Shown: positions 40,702 to 53,123, numbered from the whole stretch's first letter. The stretch is DNA of 63,653 bases, filler included, from Octopus bimaculoides (GCF_001194135.2; 8 parts of 7 records of this genome joined end to end with filler, not necessarily neighbours in it); one strand, 5' to 3'. The notes: generated from the sequence alone by a model not told the origin. Translations and numbers: made by a program.

Positions 40702-41035
40702 TTGTGCTCTTCATCTCTTGACAACCAGTGTTGGTGCATTTACACTCCCATAACTTAGAAGTTTGGCAACAATGACTGATGGAATAAGTACCAAACATAA
40801 AAATATATAAAGAATAAAAAGTTTTGAATGGTACAACAATACACTATAATACAAAAAATGGACTATATACCTGTTGTAATTTAGTTATCTATAGTCCGAT
40901 AATATTTCGGAATACAATTCCTTCTTCAGATATTCTTAGATGGAGTCTCTGCTTGGAATCGAGTCATTCAACTAAAATTCCTCAAGATGGTGCCCCAGTA
41001 TGGCCACAGTTTGATGACTGGAACAAATAAAAGAT
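40395..41035 (+). mobile_element. CpG-decayed family B SINE plus family A SINE with about 150-bp nested insertion
   Basis: B motifs at 40395-40560 with CG changed to TG/CA. A head at 40580-40620 and A 3' half at 40700-41035, split at about 40810-40955. Confidence 0.7.
40896..40934 (-). ncRNA. Hammerhead motif (intact core, decayed helix I/III)
   Basis: Minus strand AATAT CTGAAGA A GGAA-TTGTA-TTCC GAAA TATT ATCGG. Confidence 0.6.
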
Positions 41036-41969
41036 AGATGTAATCTTTTATTAGCTCCTATAGTTTTAGTATTTGCATATGTGTTTTTACATGAATTTTG
41101 AGTGAGGATATGTGAATAAAAATGATTATTAGAAGTAGTACAGGAAAATGTGCTGTGACAGCATAATGCTGCATCTACTGTTTGTTGGCGAGTCCCCATT
41201 CCCGGTGGATGACACCATTGCACCACTCAGAACAACAACTCTCCAATTCATGGGTCTGTTTTGGGTTATTGTTGCTGCTTAGGGTTTTACGAGGTCAGAG
41301 TTCAAATTGTACCTCGACCTCTTTTAGTCACAGAGGAAACATTGGTTCCATTCTTTGACGTGTTGGTCCCCACACAGCACTAGAGCAATGTGAAATGAAG
41401 TGTTTTGCTCAAGAGCACAACGTACTGCCCAGCCTGGGAATCGAACCCATGGTCAGGATATTATAATACATTATATTTTAAGTGTTTTAGATTACCAACA
41501 CTCTTTGTTATTGTTTTTTTTAACTTTATCTTCATATTACACATTTTTGTTTTGTTTTTAAAAGCAATTTTTTTCTTTTTTTTTTACATGTTTATGTTTC
41601 ATAATTTATTTTTTTCTTTTAATTTTGAAAATTGTAACAAAATATATTGCTGATTATGTTTATTCTTAACATATGGCTTTTTTCTTATATAGAAACAGTT
41701 AATTATTATTTTATTGCATAATTTATCAATGAATTTTCTAAACTGATATTTATGTCTAAATCATTGGCTGAAAAACTGTTACTATTTCCTTTTCTCATTC
41801 AATTCTAATTATGCTTGATTGATTTCTTATTAAGATATAGTTCAAACTTATTATCATTAATTGTGATTGATTGTCTATGTATCTCAAGGTATTTTTAAAG
41901 TTTTGTTATATTAATAATAGTATGACAAAACTTTATTTATTTATGTGTTATTATTGTTGTTGTGGTTGT

Positions 41970-42295
41970 TAAAGTGGCGAGCTGGCAGATTTGTTAGCAT
42001 GCCAGGTGAAATGCTTAGCGGTATTTTGTCTGTCTTTACATTCTGAGTTCAAATTCTTCTTTTTTTTTTATTGCCCACAAGGGGCTAAACATAGAGGGGT
42101 CAAACAAGGACAAACAAAGGGATTAAGTCGATTCCATTGACTCCAGTGTGTAACTGGTACTTAATTTATCGACCCCGAAAGGATGAAAGGTAAAGTCGAC
42201 CTTGGCAGAATCTGAACCCAGAACATAAAGACAGATGAAATGCCACTAAGCATTTTGCACGGCATGCTAACATTTCTGCCACCTCACTGCCTTTA
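41970..42295. mobile_element. Convergent pair of family B SINEs
   Basis: Plus-strand head at 41970-42060 joins the poly-T tail of a minus-strand copy at 42062-42295. Confidence 0.75.
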
Positions 42296-42549
42296 AATGG
42301 CATGCACTATTTGTTCCAGCTCTGCACTCAATGTTCAAATTCTGCCATAACCTACATAGACTTTTGCAGATTTCAACACATAATCAATCATCTAGTTTAC
42401 CACCAGCATCAGGTGCTTTGGACGTCTTCCACTTTGTTGGAAGCATTTCAGCAAAGTCTCTAGTTTGAAATTGATGTTCTCCATCTCCTTCTATCAATCT
42501 TAGAAATCCTGCTAAATGTCATGGGCACTGCCATACCTCCTGACTATCT

Positions 42550-43030
42550 TTTATCATTTACTGTTTCAGTTATTGGATCGTGGCCATGCTGGGGCAGTGC
42601 CTGCAAGGTTTAAGTCAAAAAGAAATCAGCCCCAGCACTTATGTTTTAAAGTCAGCCACTCATTTTACCAGTCTCTTCTTCCAATCTGCTAAGTTACAGG
42701 GACTTAACAAAGCTATGTCAGTTTCCAAACAAGTGGTGGGGGTAGAGGTGACAGACACAAACACAAAGAGACATATGCACACACAACCACATACACACAC
42801 ACACACACACATACGCACACATGCATGCACACATACTTACACACTCATACACAATACACTCACATATAAGACAGGATTCCATACTGTTTCCATCTACCAA
42901 GTTCACCCACAAGGCATTGATCAGCCCTGGGCTATAGCATAAGACACCTGTCCAAGCTGCCAAACATTGGGACTGAACCCGAAACCACGTGGCTGTAAAG
43001 TGAGCTTCTCAACTGCACAGCAATGCCTGC
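42550..43030 (-). mobile_element. Family A SINE, old and CpG-decayed
   Basis: Tail TTACTGTTTCAGTTA through head GGGACTGAACCCGAAACCACGTGG; internal (CA)n. Confidence 0.75.
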
Positions 43031-43197
43031 GTTTAAAAAAAAAACATTGCATATTATAAGAAGTAACATGAAAGGTATCTGACCATGAAACATAGCANNN
43101 NNNNNNNNNNNNNNNNNNNNNNNNNNNNNNNNNNNNNNNNNTTAATTAATTAANNNNNNNNNNNNNNNNNNNNNNNNNNNNNNNNNNNNNNNNNNNN

Positions 43198-43230
<33 letters not shown>

Positions 43231-43325
43231 CATATATACATACATACATACATACACATCTATATGTACGTATATATTCCGTAGGTATATATATGTATTT
43301 TGTTCGTTTCAGCTATGCAGCTGTC

Positions 43326-43371
<46 letters not shown>

Positions 43372-44019
43372 CACAGACGCATAGACACACACATATATAT
43401 ATATGTCTTTGTGTACGTATATCTATCTATACCAGTAAGTGTGTGTATGTGTGTGTGTGTGTGTTTGTGTTCGTCCGTCCGCGTGTGCGTGTGTGCGCGG
43501 GCATGTGTACCAGATATAGCTACCATGTCGCTCCTGTAAAGAACTTTCTCAGTGCAGAAAATTCCCAAAGCCCGCCTGGGTTTTAATCGCATTTTAATGT
43601 GTCGTGTTTAGTTTGTTATTTTTCTTTGTTCAATTGTTTGTAGTTTGCACTTAGATCGAATGTAATGTCGTACTTGCCCTGCCTTCAATTTGTCTTTATC
43701 TTGCGAACAAGCACTACAGGACCCAAACAGAGGAACCTTATATGTGGTTTCTTGGCCTGCTAGAAATAGCAACCAAATCTTCTTCAAATTGTACGTCGTC
43801 GTCTTAGTAAAACATAGACACGCGCAAACACAAGCAAAAACGAAAGAGATGGATTAATTGGAATATGTGACACGGGATGGTCACGGTTGGAAAGTTTTAT
43901 TCATAGTTATCTCATTCAAAACCAACCTGACGTTAAATAAAAGAAGAGCAGCAATATCGACAAAAACAAAAGCTACAATAAAAACGAGAATTACACTAAC
44001 AGCAACAACTGCTAACCGA

Positions 44020-44812
44020 AAGGCCAGCAATTTCAAGGGAGAAGAAGGCAAGTCAATTACGTCGATCCCGGTTCCCTATTGGTGCTTATTCTATCAACTC
44101 TCTAAAGGCTGAAAGAGAAAGTCGACTTTGAAAGAATTTGAGCTCAGAAAGTAAAACCGGAAGAATTGCCGCTAAACATTCTGCAACTCACCGGCCTTAG
44201 TAACAGTCTCAAATTTTGACACAGAGCCAGCAGTTTTTTTTTGAGGGGAGGGGGAAATCGATTACATCGACACCAGTGCCTCGTTTTATTGACGCCGAAA
44301 CGATGAAGGGCAAAGTCGACTTTGACCCAATTTGAATTCTGAACTTAGAGCCGGAAGAAATGCCGTTAAGCATTTTGTCCGGCATGCAAACCATTCTACA
44401 GGCTCACCGACCTTAGTAACCATTTCAAGTTTTGATGCAAGAGCCAGCAGCTTTTAAAAGGGGAAAGAAAGTCGATTACGTCGACCCCAGTGTTCACCTG
44501 GTACCTGTTTTAGTGACCCCGAAAGAATAAAAGGTGAGGTCGTGATTAACGGAATTTGAATTCTGAACGTAAAACCGTAGGTATTTTGTCCGGCGTGCAA
44601 ACGATTCTGCCAGCTCACCGGCTTTTCCAAATTTTGACCGGCCCAGCAGTTTTTGAGGTGGGGAGGTCGATTACATCGACCCCAGTATTTGATTGGAGTC
44701 GTTGTAATCGACTTTCCCTCGGCAGTATTTCAACTCAGAAAGGAAACAGTCGGAAGAAATGCTACTAAGCATTTTGTCCGGCGTGCTAACGATTCTGCCA
44801 GCTCGCCGCCAT
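44020..44812 (-). mobile_element. Head-to-tail array of four family B SINEs
   Basis: Four about 200-bp units, each with GCCAGCA..GTCGATTAC.TCGA.CCC..AAAGTCGAC..AATTTGAA.TC.GAA..TTCTGC.AGCTCACCG. Confidence 0.8.
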
Positions 44813-45424
44813 AAGTAAAGACATATAATTAACACCAGAAACCAATACGAAGTACATTGGCGCCAGTAACAACAGCAGCAACAACAACCACAGCTGTAAC
44901 AATAATAAAAACAACAGCATTAACACTGTACTCGGTGAATATTTGAATAAATGCGTTCGACTTAATTTAATTTCACACCTCATCAAAATCAACAATTACG
45001 CACACATAATGGCCAAGCTATTCCATTTCTTATCCAATCCTCACCCCACAAAAACATTGTTAGAAAGTCTACCCCGCGACCCACCTTCCTCCTTGCCTAT
45101 CACCAAAGTCCAGTCTTCCCTCTACAATTATTATGTAGGACCTAATCTTCCTCCCTACCCCTCCTCCCGTCTCTTTCCTTGCTTACCCTCTCACTCTCCC
45201 CCACCTCTCTCTCTCTCTATCTCTCTCTCTCATACTCTCTCTCTCTCTCTCTCTCTCCTGTAAAAATATAATTGTTTCTGACTGAATAAGAACAAAGCAA
45301 ATAAGATATTTAGTGATGCAAAAAATATTTTTTTAAAAGCCAAGCTAATGAGGGATCCTCTACGTGGTTGCTAAACATGCTGAATATAGCAACCAAATCT
45401 CGCCTTATACAAAGATATATGTAT

Positions 45425-45471
<47 letters not shown>

Positions 45472-46447
45472 CATACATATTCATGCGCATACATACATAA
45501 GTTTTACTTTGTCCGCTATTGAGAAATGCCTTCGAGCAACTAAGTAATATCCTTGGTAACACAAGCCTATCATAACTTCGTCTTAGAATGACCATTAACC
45601 TGAGTCAAAATTTCCCTGTTGCTGGCAACGAAGGCAAAAGAAAATATTTCGATTGTTATTTTCTCCGGTAGGGTTTAGGCTGACACATTTTGCACGTGAA
45701 ATGGTGCGAGATATACTCTCCANNNNNNNNNNNNNNNNNNNNNNNNNNNNNNNNNNNNNNNNNNNNNNNNNNNNNNNNNNNNNNNNNNNNNNNNNNNNNN
45801 NNNNNNNNNNNNNNNNNNNNNNNNNNNNNNNNNNNNNNNNNNNNNNNNNNNNNNNNNNNNNNNNNNNNNNNNNNNNNNNNNNNNNNNNNNNNNNNNNNNN
45901 NNNNNNNNNNNNNNNNNNNNNNNNNNNNNNNNNNNNNNNNNNNNNNNNNNNNNNNNNNNNNNNNNNNNNNNNNNNNNNNNNNNNNNNNNNNNNNNNNNNN
46001 NNNNNNNNNNNNNNNNNNNNNNNNNNNNNNNNNNNNNNNNNNNNNNNNNNNNNNNNNNNNNNNNNNNNNNNNNNNNNNNNNNNNNNNNNNNNNNNNNNNN
46101 NNNNNNNNNNNNNNNNNNNNNNNNGGTGATAATAGCAACAATAACGACGACGATGATGATGATGACAATGATGATGATAGTGGTGGTGGTGGTAATAGCA
46201 ACAGCAACAACAAAAACAACTATACAAGAAGAAGAAGAAGAAAAAAAAAAGAAGAATTGTTTAATTTATTGGCCACAAGGGTCCATATATTCATACCGAA
46301 ACGTGCTTCAAAAACGTTTACAGGACGTGCAGTTACATAGAAATGCAATTATATAAAATGAGGAAGGGTTGGGGGTGGGGGGAGAGAGTTTATACAATAA
46401 CGCGACATTTAAAATTTGATACAAATAAATTCATGAAATGAATAAAA

Positions 46448-46486
<39 letters not shown>

Positions 46487-46719
46487 AAGTAATTACACTC
46501 GCGTCCGAATGTCTTATCTTCAATGAATACCAAGTCTACATCATCCTCGTCCAGACCGTTCGACAGATCCATCTGTAGCTCATCTATTATACAACACACT
46601 CTTCAATCTTCTCAGGAATAGACTTTCCCCCCATGGGCCCTACACGCCTTCCGTTCAAAGTCACTCTCTTTCCTGCTGTCTTCCTTTCCTTTTTGCCGTC
46701 AGTTTCCCAATCCTCTCCA

Positions 46720-46839
46720 ACCCTTCATTCTTTGGTCGTATCTCACCATCTTTGCTTTCTTTGCAACGAGGCACTGTTTCAGTTCCTCCACCACGACTTT
46801 GAGGCCCTTTCTTTCAATATTATGCTTCCTGTTCAGCGC
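46720..46839 (-). mobile_element. R4/Dong-like non-LTR retrotransposon ORF fragment
   Basis: RKHNIERKGLKVVVEELKQCLVAKKAKMVRYDQRMK resembles the pre-RT EELKQR..AK..K..RY motif of the R4 clade (recognised from memory). Confidence 0.6.
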
Positions 46840-46899
46840 CCTGTATTTTTGTCACAATAAAAACACTGATAACTGCGCAACCTGATAATCGCTGCCTCA

Positions 46900-47083
46900 A
46901 ATGAGTGACAATGGAAAAACAAAATATTGTGAATAACGGTGGTAATGAGACTGAAGCCAATGACGGGGACAGTGTTGCACCCGGTAGGCTCAGAGGTTCT
47001 GGTCCGGCTCCAGCCTGTCGATATCCAGAAAGGGACCACCACACACGGCGTAGATGGAGCCAAGAAATTAATGCTGTGGTCAT
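46900..47083 (+). mobile_element. R4/Dong-like ORF N-terminus, truncated
   Basis: ...TRRRWSQEINAVVME resembles the R.KW..E.N..VMECY start of R4-clade ORFs; cut off at 47083. Confidence 0.55.
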
Positions 47084-47160
47084 GGAATCGAAATCGGAAT
47101 CTTGGGGTTAGCAGCCCGCGCTCTTAACCCCAAGATTCCGAGTTCAATTCCAGGCAGTGA

Positions 47161-47229
<69 letters not shown>

Positions 47230-47420
47230 TGATGATGATAACAACAACAACAACAACAATTACAATAACAATATCGAAAAATACCTTAGGAATGAAAACC
47301 CAGGTTCGAAATTTCTCCAAGACACCTGATGAAGGCTGGGGGGTATATCAGCCGAAAGTTGTGTTAACAACAAACAAGATGAGGACAAAAGCCGTCAAAA
47401 TGTAAATAATGTAAATAATT
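47084..47420 (+). mobile_element. tRNA-like head with 5' inverted duplication, (AAT)n spacer and hammerhead-bearing tail
   Basis: 27-bp inverted repeat 47084-47110 / 47125-47151 containing B-box GAGTTCAATTCC; HHR at 47321-47365; end TGTAAATAATGTAAATAA. Confidence 0.65.
47321..47365 (+). ncRNA. Minimal type-I hammerhead motif (1-nt deletion in helix III)
   Basis: GACAC CTGATGA A GGCTG-GGGGTATAT-CAGCC GAAA GTT GTGTT. Helix I GACAC/GTGTT, helix II 5 bp. Confidence 0.72.
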
Positions 47421-48199
47421 CATATTTATGCTTGACAACCGGTGACGGTTTGTTTACATCCTCACAACTTATGTAAACTCTCGGTAAAGAGAGACCGTTT
47501 GAATAAGTATCAGACTTAAAAAGTAAGTACTGGGTCGACCTTTTCAACTAAAATACTTTAAGGCGGTGCCCCAGCATGGCCGCAGTGTAATGACTGAAAC
47601 AAGTACCAGATAGAAGACAATTCAGGTAATGCAGTGGAAGCGGCTCTATAATGGAAATATTACCAATACCGCATACGTCATGTACCAAAGGTCATGGACT
47701 GCGGTTTATCGTCCGAGAAAAGCCCTCCCTTTGAAGACGTATAGTATTAAAAGAATCACAATATACTTCAAAGTTAGGTGAAATGAAATTGACCCAGAAG
47801 CGAATTTGAGAGCTGTAGATATGTATTTCGCTGTAAATGCAGCTTATCAATACCGTGCACTCGGATCACTTCCGATACGAAGTCGATATCTCTAGCCTGA
47901 AGTATATACAATAGTGTAAAAACTATTTGCTGATTTGCAATAGCGCTACGCAAGTAGAATAAAATCAGATTATGCAGTATGAGGCAGCTCTATAATGTAA
48001 ACATCATCAATATAACATACTTAATGTAAATGTGTTGTTCAAACGCCAGATAATATAGACAGAGACGATGAGATGACAGAAAAGATATATCAACAAAACT
48101 ATACTCGTAATGTCTTACTGTGTGTGGAAAACAATGAAAAGAGATTTTGTGAGACGAAAATGTTGACAGATGTGATTGCTTAGCAGTTATAGAGCCTCT

Positions 48200-48780
48200 G
48201 CATGGTTGCTCGAATTGCTAGAAATAGCAGCTAAATCTCTCGCAAATCAAACGCTAATGTTTTAAAGAGAGATTACGTTGAATAATGAGGTTCTGAATAT
48301 CATGCTCGTAAGAAAAAATTGAGATGCTCACGGTTAGAACGCTTCCAAAGAAATGTCTAATCGGTCAGTGTTGACCTGGAACTGAAAAACAACTTAGAAA
48401 TTATATGTCATCAGATATAGTTATGGGGTTTCGAGCCCTAAGGGAGCCTTCATATCATTACTAGAAATAAGAGTTAAAAATTACAGCCAAATCTCCCTCA
48501 ATTCCCATCTTACTGTCTTGAAAATTTTGCGTTAGGTAATGCGTTCCCCATTCCTTGCACGTATGAAAAACACGTGATAGCCACGGTTGGAAAGCTTTTG
48601 ATCATAGATCAGTCCTTATCGAGGTTATATGCTTATGCTGGAATCCCTAATGGTTGCTAGAACAACACGAAATTGGAAATAGCAGCCAAACGTTCTTAAA
48701 CCACATCTTATTGCACTCAATGAAGCACACCTTGGATAATATTGTCGTAAATACAGTCGGGTGGATTAATAACGACACAT
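48200..48780 (+). repeat. Three decayed copies of an old interspersed repeat
   Basis: GCTAGAAATAGCAGC.AAATCTC motif recurs here and at about 43750-43870 and 45350-45420. Confidence 0.55.
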
Positions 48781-48999
48781 TGGATGTTATAGTTTGGGGA
48801 TAACTATGCCTAAAGATGTGGGAAATTTTTGATTGGGGACTGTTGTTGCTGCCACCTACAGTTGCTTCCAGAGTAAGAGAGGGAGATAGATAGGGAGAGA
48901 GGGAGAGAGAGAGAGTTTACTGAGAGATAGAATGAACGGTGAACATATTTCTTTTGCATTCTCTTTTCTAATAATTGTCATTTTACTTGTAACTACTCT

Positions 49000-49137
49000 T
49001 TTTCTGTTTTAAAACCTATAAAAAATTATTTTTGTGGGGCTGGAACAGATTTTAGTTAATTTCAATAGGGAAAATTGATTTTTAAAACAACCTCGGTCAT
49101 GGAACGAATTAAACTCGTACTGCAAGGTATCACTGTA
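49000..49137. mobile_element. Tigger/pogo-like transposon terminus
   Basis: GGAACGAATTAAACTCGTAC.GCAAGGTATCACTG followed by TA. Confidence 0.55.
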
Positions 49138-49699
49138 TATAGGATGGAATGGTCATAACTAAAATATCTCTGGTCATAGATTTGATCGATCAGGACTAAA
49201 GAACAAAGCATTGTCTTCAATAATCAATAAGCCAAAATTTCGCCTGAGCATTTACATTATAGAGTAAACAACGTTATAGAATAGGCATAGGCAACCTTTT
49301 TCGGGAAATAGGCCGCTGGAGACATAACCCATCATGATAATTTTTCGTTAGGCGGCCATTCAGAAAAATCCCGTGGGCAGCGGTTTGCCCCATAGAGTAT
49401 ATAAAGGATCTTTCTGATTTGGCAGGCGCCACTTGTTTTCTTAACGAAACATTTTCAAACTTGGGACACTGGTAGAATGTGTCATATAAAACATCTTTTA
49501 CTCTTAGTGTTATTGAGAAAATTTTATCTTTTTAAAGTTATTTCGTGTTAAAATTATTGTATTTCGGTAATTTCAACCAATCACTGTTTCTCAACAATAA
49601 CTATCAGTGGTACTGTTATTTATCACATTGTTCGTGCGTTTGTACTGGTTTTTTAGCTTTAGGGTTTTAGGGTTAGGGAACTTTGGAAATCATTATCGG

Positions 49700-49962
49700 A
49701 CTAATTAACCTCCGTTACATTTAACTTCCGTTAACTAAAGTCAATTTGAGTTAATTTCCGTTAACTTCAATTCAATTGAAATTAACGGATTTTATAGTTT
49801 TGGCACTTTTTAAAGGGGGTTTTAGGTAGTTTTAAAGCAAAAACTGACGTTTTTGTTTGTTTTCTATAATAAAAATTAACGTTAACTTCCGTTATATTAG
49901 GAAATAATTAACTGATTAACGGTTAACGAAGTTAACTTTTGGATTAACGGTGTCCACTTTTG
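49700..49962. mobile_element. hAT-like MITE end with CCGTTAA/TTAACGG subterminal repeats
   Basis: About 10 GTTAAC/CCGTTA motifs in both orientations, ending in TTAACGGTGTCCACTTTTG. Confidence 0.5.
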
Positions 49963-50058
49963 CATACATTCATGCATGAACATACATGCATATAGATATA
50001 CTTCCATACACACATATATTCATACATTCATATACGTCCATACATAGATATCCACACA

Positions 50059-50089
<31 letters not shown>

Positions 50090-50306
50090 TGAATCTAGGT
50101 TAGAAACTGGCTCTTTCTCTATTGGCAAGCGATCTTGAAATAAAACTGAACAATGACATGCATGCACACGCACACCCATGCATACATATATCCATATATA
50201 CATGCATACATACAAACAGACAAACATACATACACACACATAGATACATACATACACACATGCACACACACACACACAGCAACAGCACCATCTCTATCTC
50301 TCTCTC

Positions 50307-50386
<80 letters not shown>

Positions 50387-50694
50387 TCGCTCCCTCCCTC
50401 CCTTATCTCATATATATTTCTCAAAATATTTCGTTTAGTCATGATTCAGGACTTTTGCTAAACTCATTCTTTTTATCAGCTGATGAAAACTTAAACGGAT
50501 TTCGCTTTTATCTGCATACCATTATAAATAAATTCTAACCTCGCACCTCCCAACTCTTTAACTCACTATTATACTACGTTATGTTATCTTAAGCTCCAGG
50601 GTACCCTTCAACCTATAAACTTAAGATCAAAAGCACTCCAACCGTGACCTTCCTGTGTTTTTTTCTTATACAATCTTATGCAGTGTCTTTTTTT

Positions 50695-50883
50695 CTTTTT
50701 ACTTGTTTCCAATTATAAGACTGCGGTCATTCTGGAGCACCGCCTTGAAGAGGTTTTAGTCGAATGAATTTTGTTTCAAAGTCTGGTACTTATTCTATCG
50801 ATATCATTTGGCGAACCGCAAAGTTACGGCAAACCAAGCAACACCGGTTGTCAAACTGTGGTGAGCACAAACACAAAGGCACA

Positions 50884-50942
<59 letters not shown>

Positions 50943-50947
50943 GCACG

Positions 50948-50988
<41 letters not shown>

Positions 50989-51379
50989 ACATACGCGCAC
51001 ACATATATATGACGGGCTTCTTTCAGTTTCCGTCTACCAAATCCACTCACAAGGGTTTTGTCGGCCCGAGGCTTGTATAGAAGTACCATGCTGTAGGCCT
51101 GAACATGGAACCATGCGGCTGGGAAGCAAGATTTTTACTACACAACCAGGCCTGCATCAGTTTATATTCTTTAATTCTTTTACTTGTTTCAGTCATTTCA
51201 CTGCGGCCATTCTGCAGCACCGCCTTTAGTCGAACTAATTGACACAAAGACTTATTCTTTGTAAACCTAGTACTTATCGGAATCTTTTTGCCGAAACTTT
51301 AAGTTACGGGGACGTAAACACACCAGCATCAGTTATCAAGCGATGTTGGGGGGACACAAACACACAAACATATGCATAA

Positions 51380-51443
<64 letters not shown>

Positions 51444-51615
51444 GCACACACACACGATGGGTGTCTTTCAGTTTCCGTCTACCTAATCCACTCACAAGGC
51501 TTTGGTCGGATCGAGGCTATAGTAGAAGATATTTGCCCAAGGTGCCACGCAATGGGACTGAACCCGGAACCATGTGGTTGGTAAGCAAGCTACTTACCAC
51601 ACAGCCACTCCTGCT
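50695..51615 (-). mobile_element. Two tandem family A SINEs
   Basis: Copies at 50695-51150 and 51168-51615, each with an internal (CA)n or (TA)n. Confidence 0.88.
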
Positions 51616-51641
51616 CCAGTTTACATGTTTACATGATTAAT

Positions 51642-51818
51642 CGCTGATCAAACACCATTCAATTTTTTCTCCTTGTTTTCTCCGTATTCTTTCTGTTGAA
51701 GAGCGTAGCTCGAAGCGTTAAAGACTTTCTGTATTCCCGAGCGTCAAACTAATACATCCTTTTGTTATTTACACCACCTGTCCTCGTCTGTTGTTGTTTT
51801 TTTCGTACATTCTCCCAT
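51642..51818 (+). mobile_element. Second copy of hammerhead-bearing family H1
   Basis: Homologous to the reverse complement of 14654-14840; ends TTCTCCCAT followed by (AT)n. Confidence 0.78.
51688..51724 (+). ncRNA. Minimal hammerhead motif, CUGUUGA variant (GAAG in this copy)
   Basis: TCTTT CTGTTGA A GAGC-GTA-GCTC GAAG CGTT AAAGA. Confidence 0.62.
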
Positions 51819-51899
51819 ATATATATATATATATTAGCGAATGTTTTTTTGTAAGGGATGCCTTTGTATATGTACGATTTTGTTTCCTAAAAAGTCTTG

Positions 51900-52120
51900 G
51901 GGCCTCTATAGCATACGGGATTACAAAGACGGAAACGAAGAGACCTAGAAATTCAAAAGATATCGATTGACATAAAGTTTAAAGGACTGAATATCAGAGA
52001 CGAGAGGAAATCAAATTGATGGGAATGAGTTCGAAAGAGCAACAGTTAGAGTAAAGAATCTATTAGAATAAAGAATCTATTAGAATAAAGAATCTATTAG
52101 AATAAAAAATCTATTAGAAT
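51900..52120 (-). mobile_element. CR1/L2/Crack-like LINE 3' end with 17-bp tandem repeat x4
   Basis: Minus strand FFTLTVALSNSFPS..FP...DIQSFKLYVNRYL; AAGAATCTATTAGAATA repeated at about 52063-52122. Confidence 0.55.
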
Positions 52121-52309
52121 AACAGGACAAATCATAAAATTTATATCAAAGGATAATTTAATTTCTCATCAGTCTTCTTCCTCTCCGCCTTTTTGTATGT
52201 TTATTTCGCTATTAAAAAAAAACAAGGAGAATGCGTATATAATGAAGAGTTCCAAATAAAGACGAAACATGTCTCCCTCATCAATTCGTGAAAATATAAT
52301 ACTAAGTAG

Positions 52310-52730
52310 TAACATTTATTTCTTTATTGCCCATAGGGGGCTAATCATAGAGGGGACAAGCAAGGAGAGACAAAGACATTAAGTCGATTACATCGACTCC
52401 AGTGTATAACTGGTACTTGTTTAATCGACCCCTGAAGGATGAAAGGCAAAGTCGACCTCGGCGGAATTTGAACTCAGAGCATAGAGACAGACTAAATACC
52501 ACTAAGCATTTCGCCCGGCCTGCTAAGGTTTTTGCTAGCTCGCTGCCTTCTAATTAGTAATATTGGTAGAAAGTGACACGGTAGGGAAACAATGTAATCG
52601 ATTAAGTCCTTTACTCTATACTTTGGCCGATATTTCATTGACTCTGACAAAGTGAAAAGTAAAGTTGACTTCGACACGAATTGAACTCTGAACGTACAGC
52701 GCCATAAATGAATACAGCATGGTGTTTTGC
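52310..52730 (-). mobile_element. Two family B SINEs
   Basis: Full copy with TTTCTTTATTGCCC tail at 52310-52550; decayed copy at 52560-52730. Confidence 0.8.
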
Positions 52731-52933
52731 CCCTAACGTTTCAGACAAAGCATGGAAATACAACATTAGTCATCGGCTAATATTGTTTGTTTTTTCTTGT
52801 ATTTATCTGATATCACTTGAGATTTTTAAAAGACAAATCATTAAAAATATCTTCACCAAATTAAGCGAACTGATTATTATCTGGTAGATGGCGTCTCAGA
52901 ACATTCTATATATGTATTTATGTGTATGTATGC

Positions 52934-52983
<50 letters not shown>

Positions 52984-53083
52984 NNNNNNNNNNNNNNNNN
53001 NNNNNNNNNNNNNNNNNNNNNNNNNNNTTAATTAATTAANNNNNNNNNNNNNNNNNNNNNNNNNNNNNNNNNNNNNNNNNNNN

Positions 53084-53119
<36 letters not shown>

Positions 53120-53123
<4 letters not shown>

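Noticed and set aside
47084-47160. Possible real tRNA gene
   Set aside because: It lacks the acceptor stem and full D-arm and is rearranged by an inversion; it is SINE-like only.
49650-49680. TTAGGG telomere-like repeats
   Set aside because: Only about three imperfect units inside transposon debris; not an interstitial telomere array.
52242-52279. ATGAAGA..GAAA-CATGTC hammerhead-like string
   Set aside because: C3 is missing, helix II is only 2-3 bp and helix I is unpaired; too degenerate to call alone.
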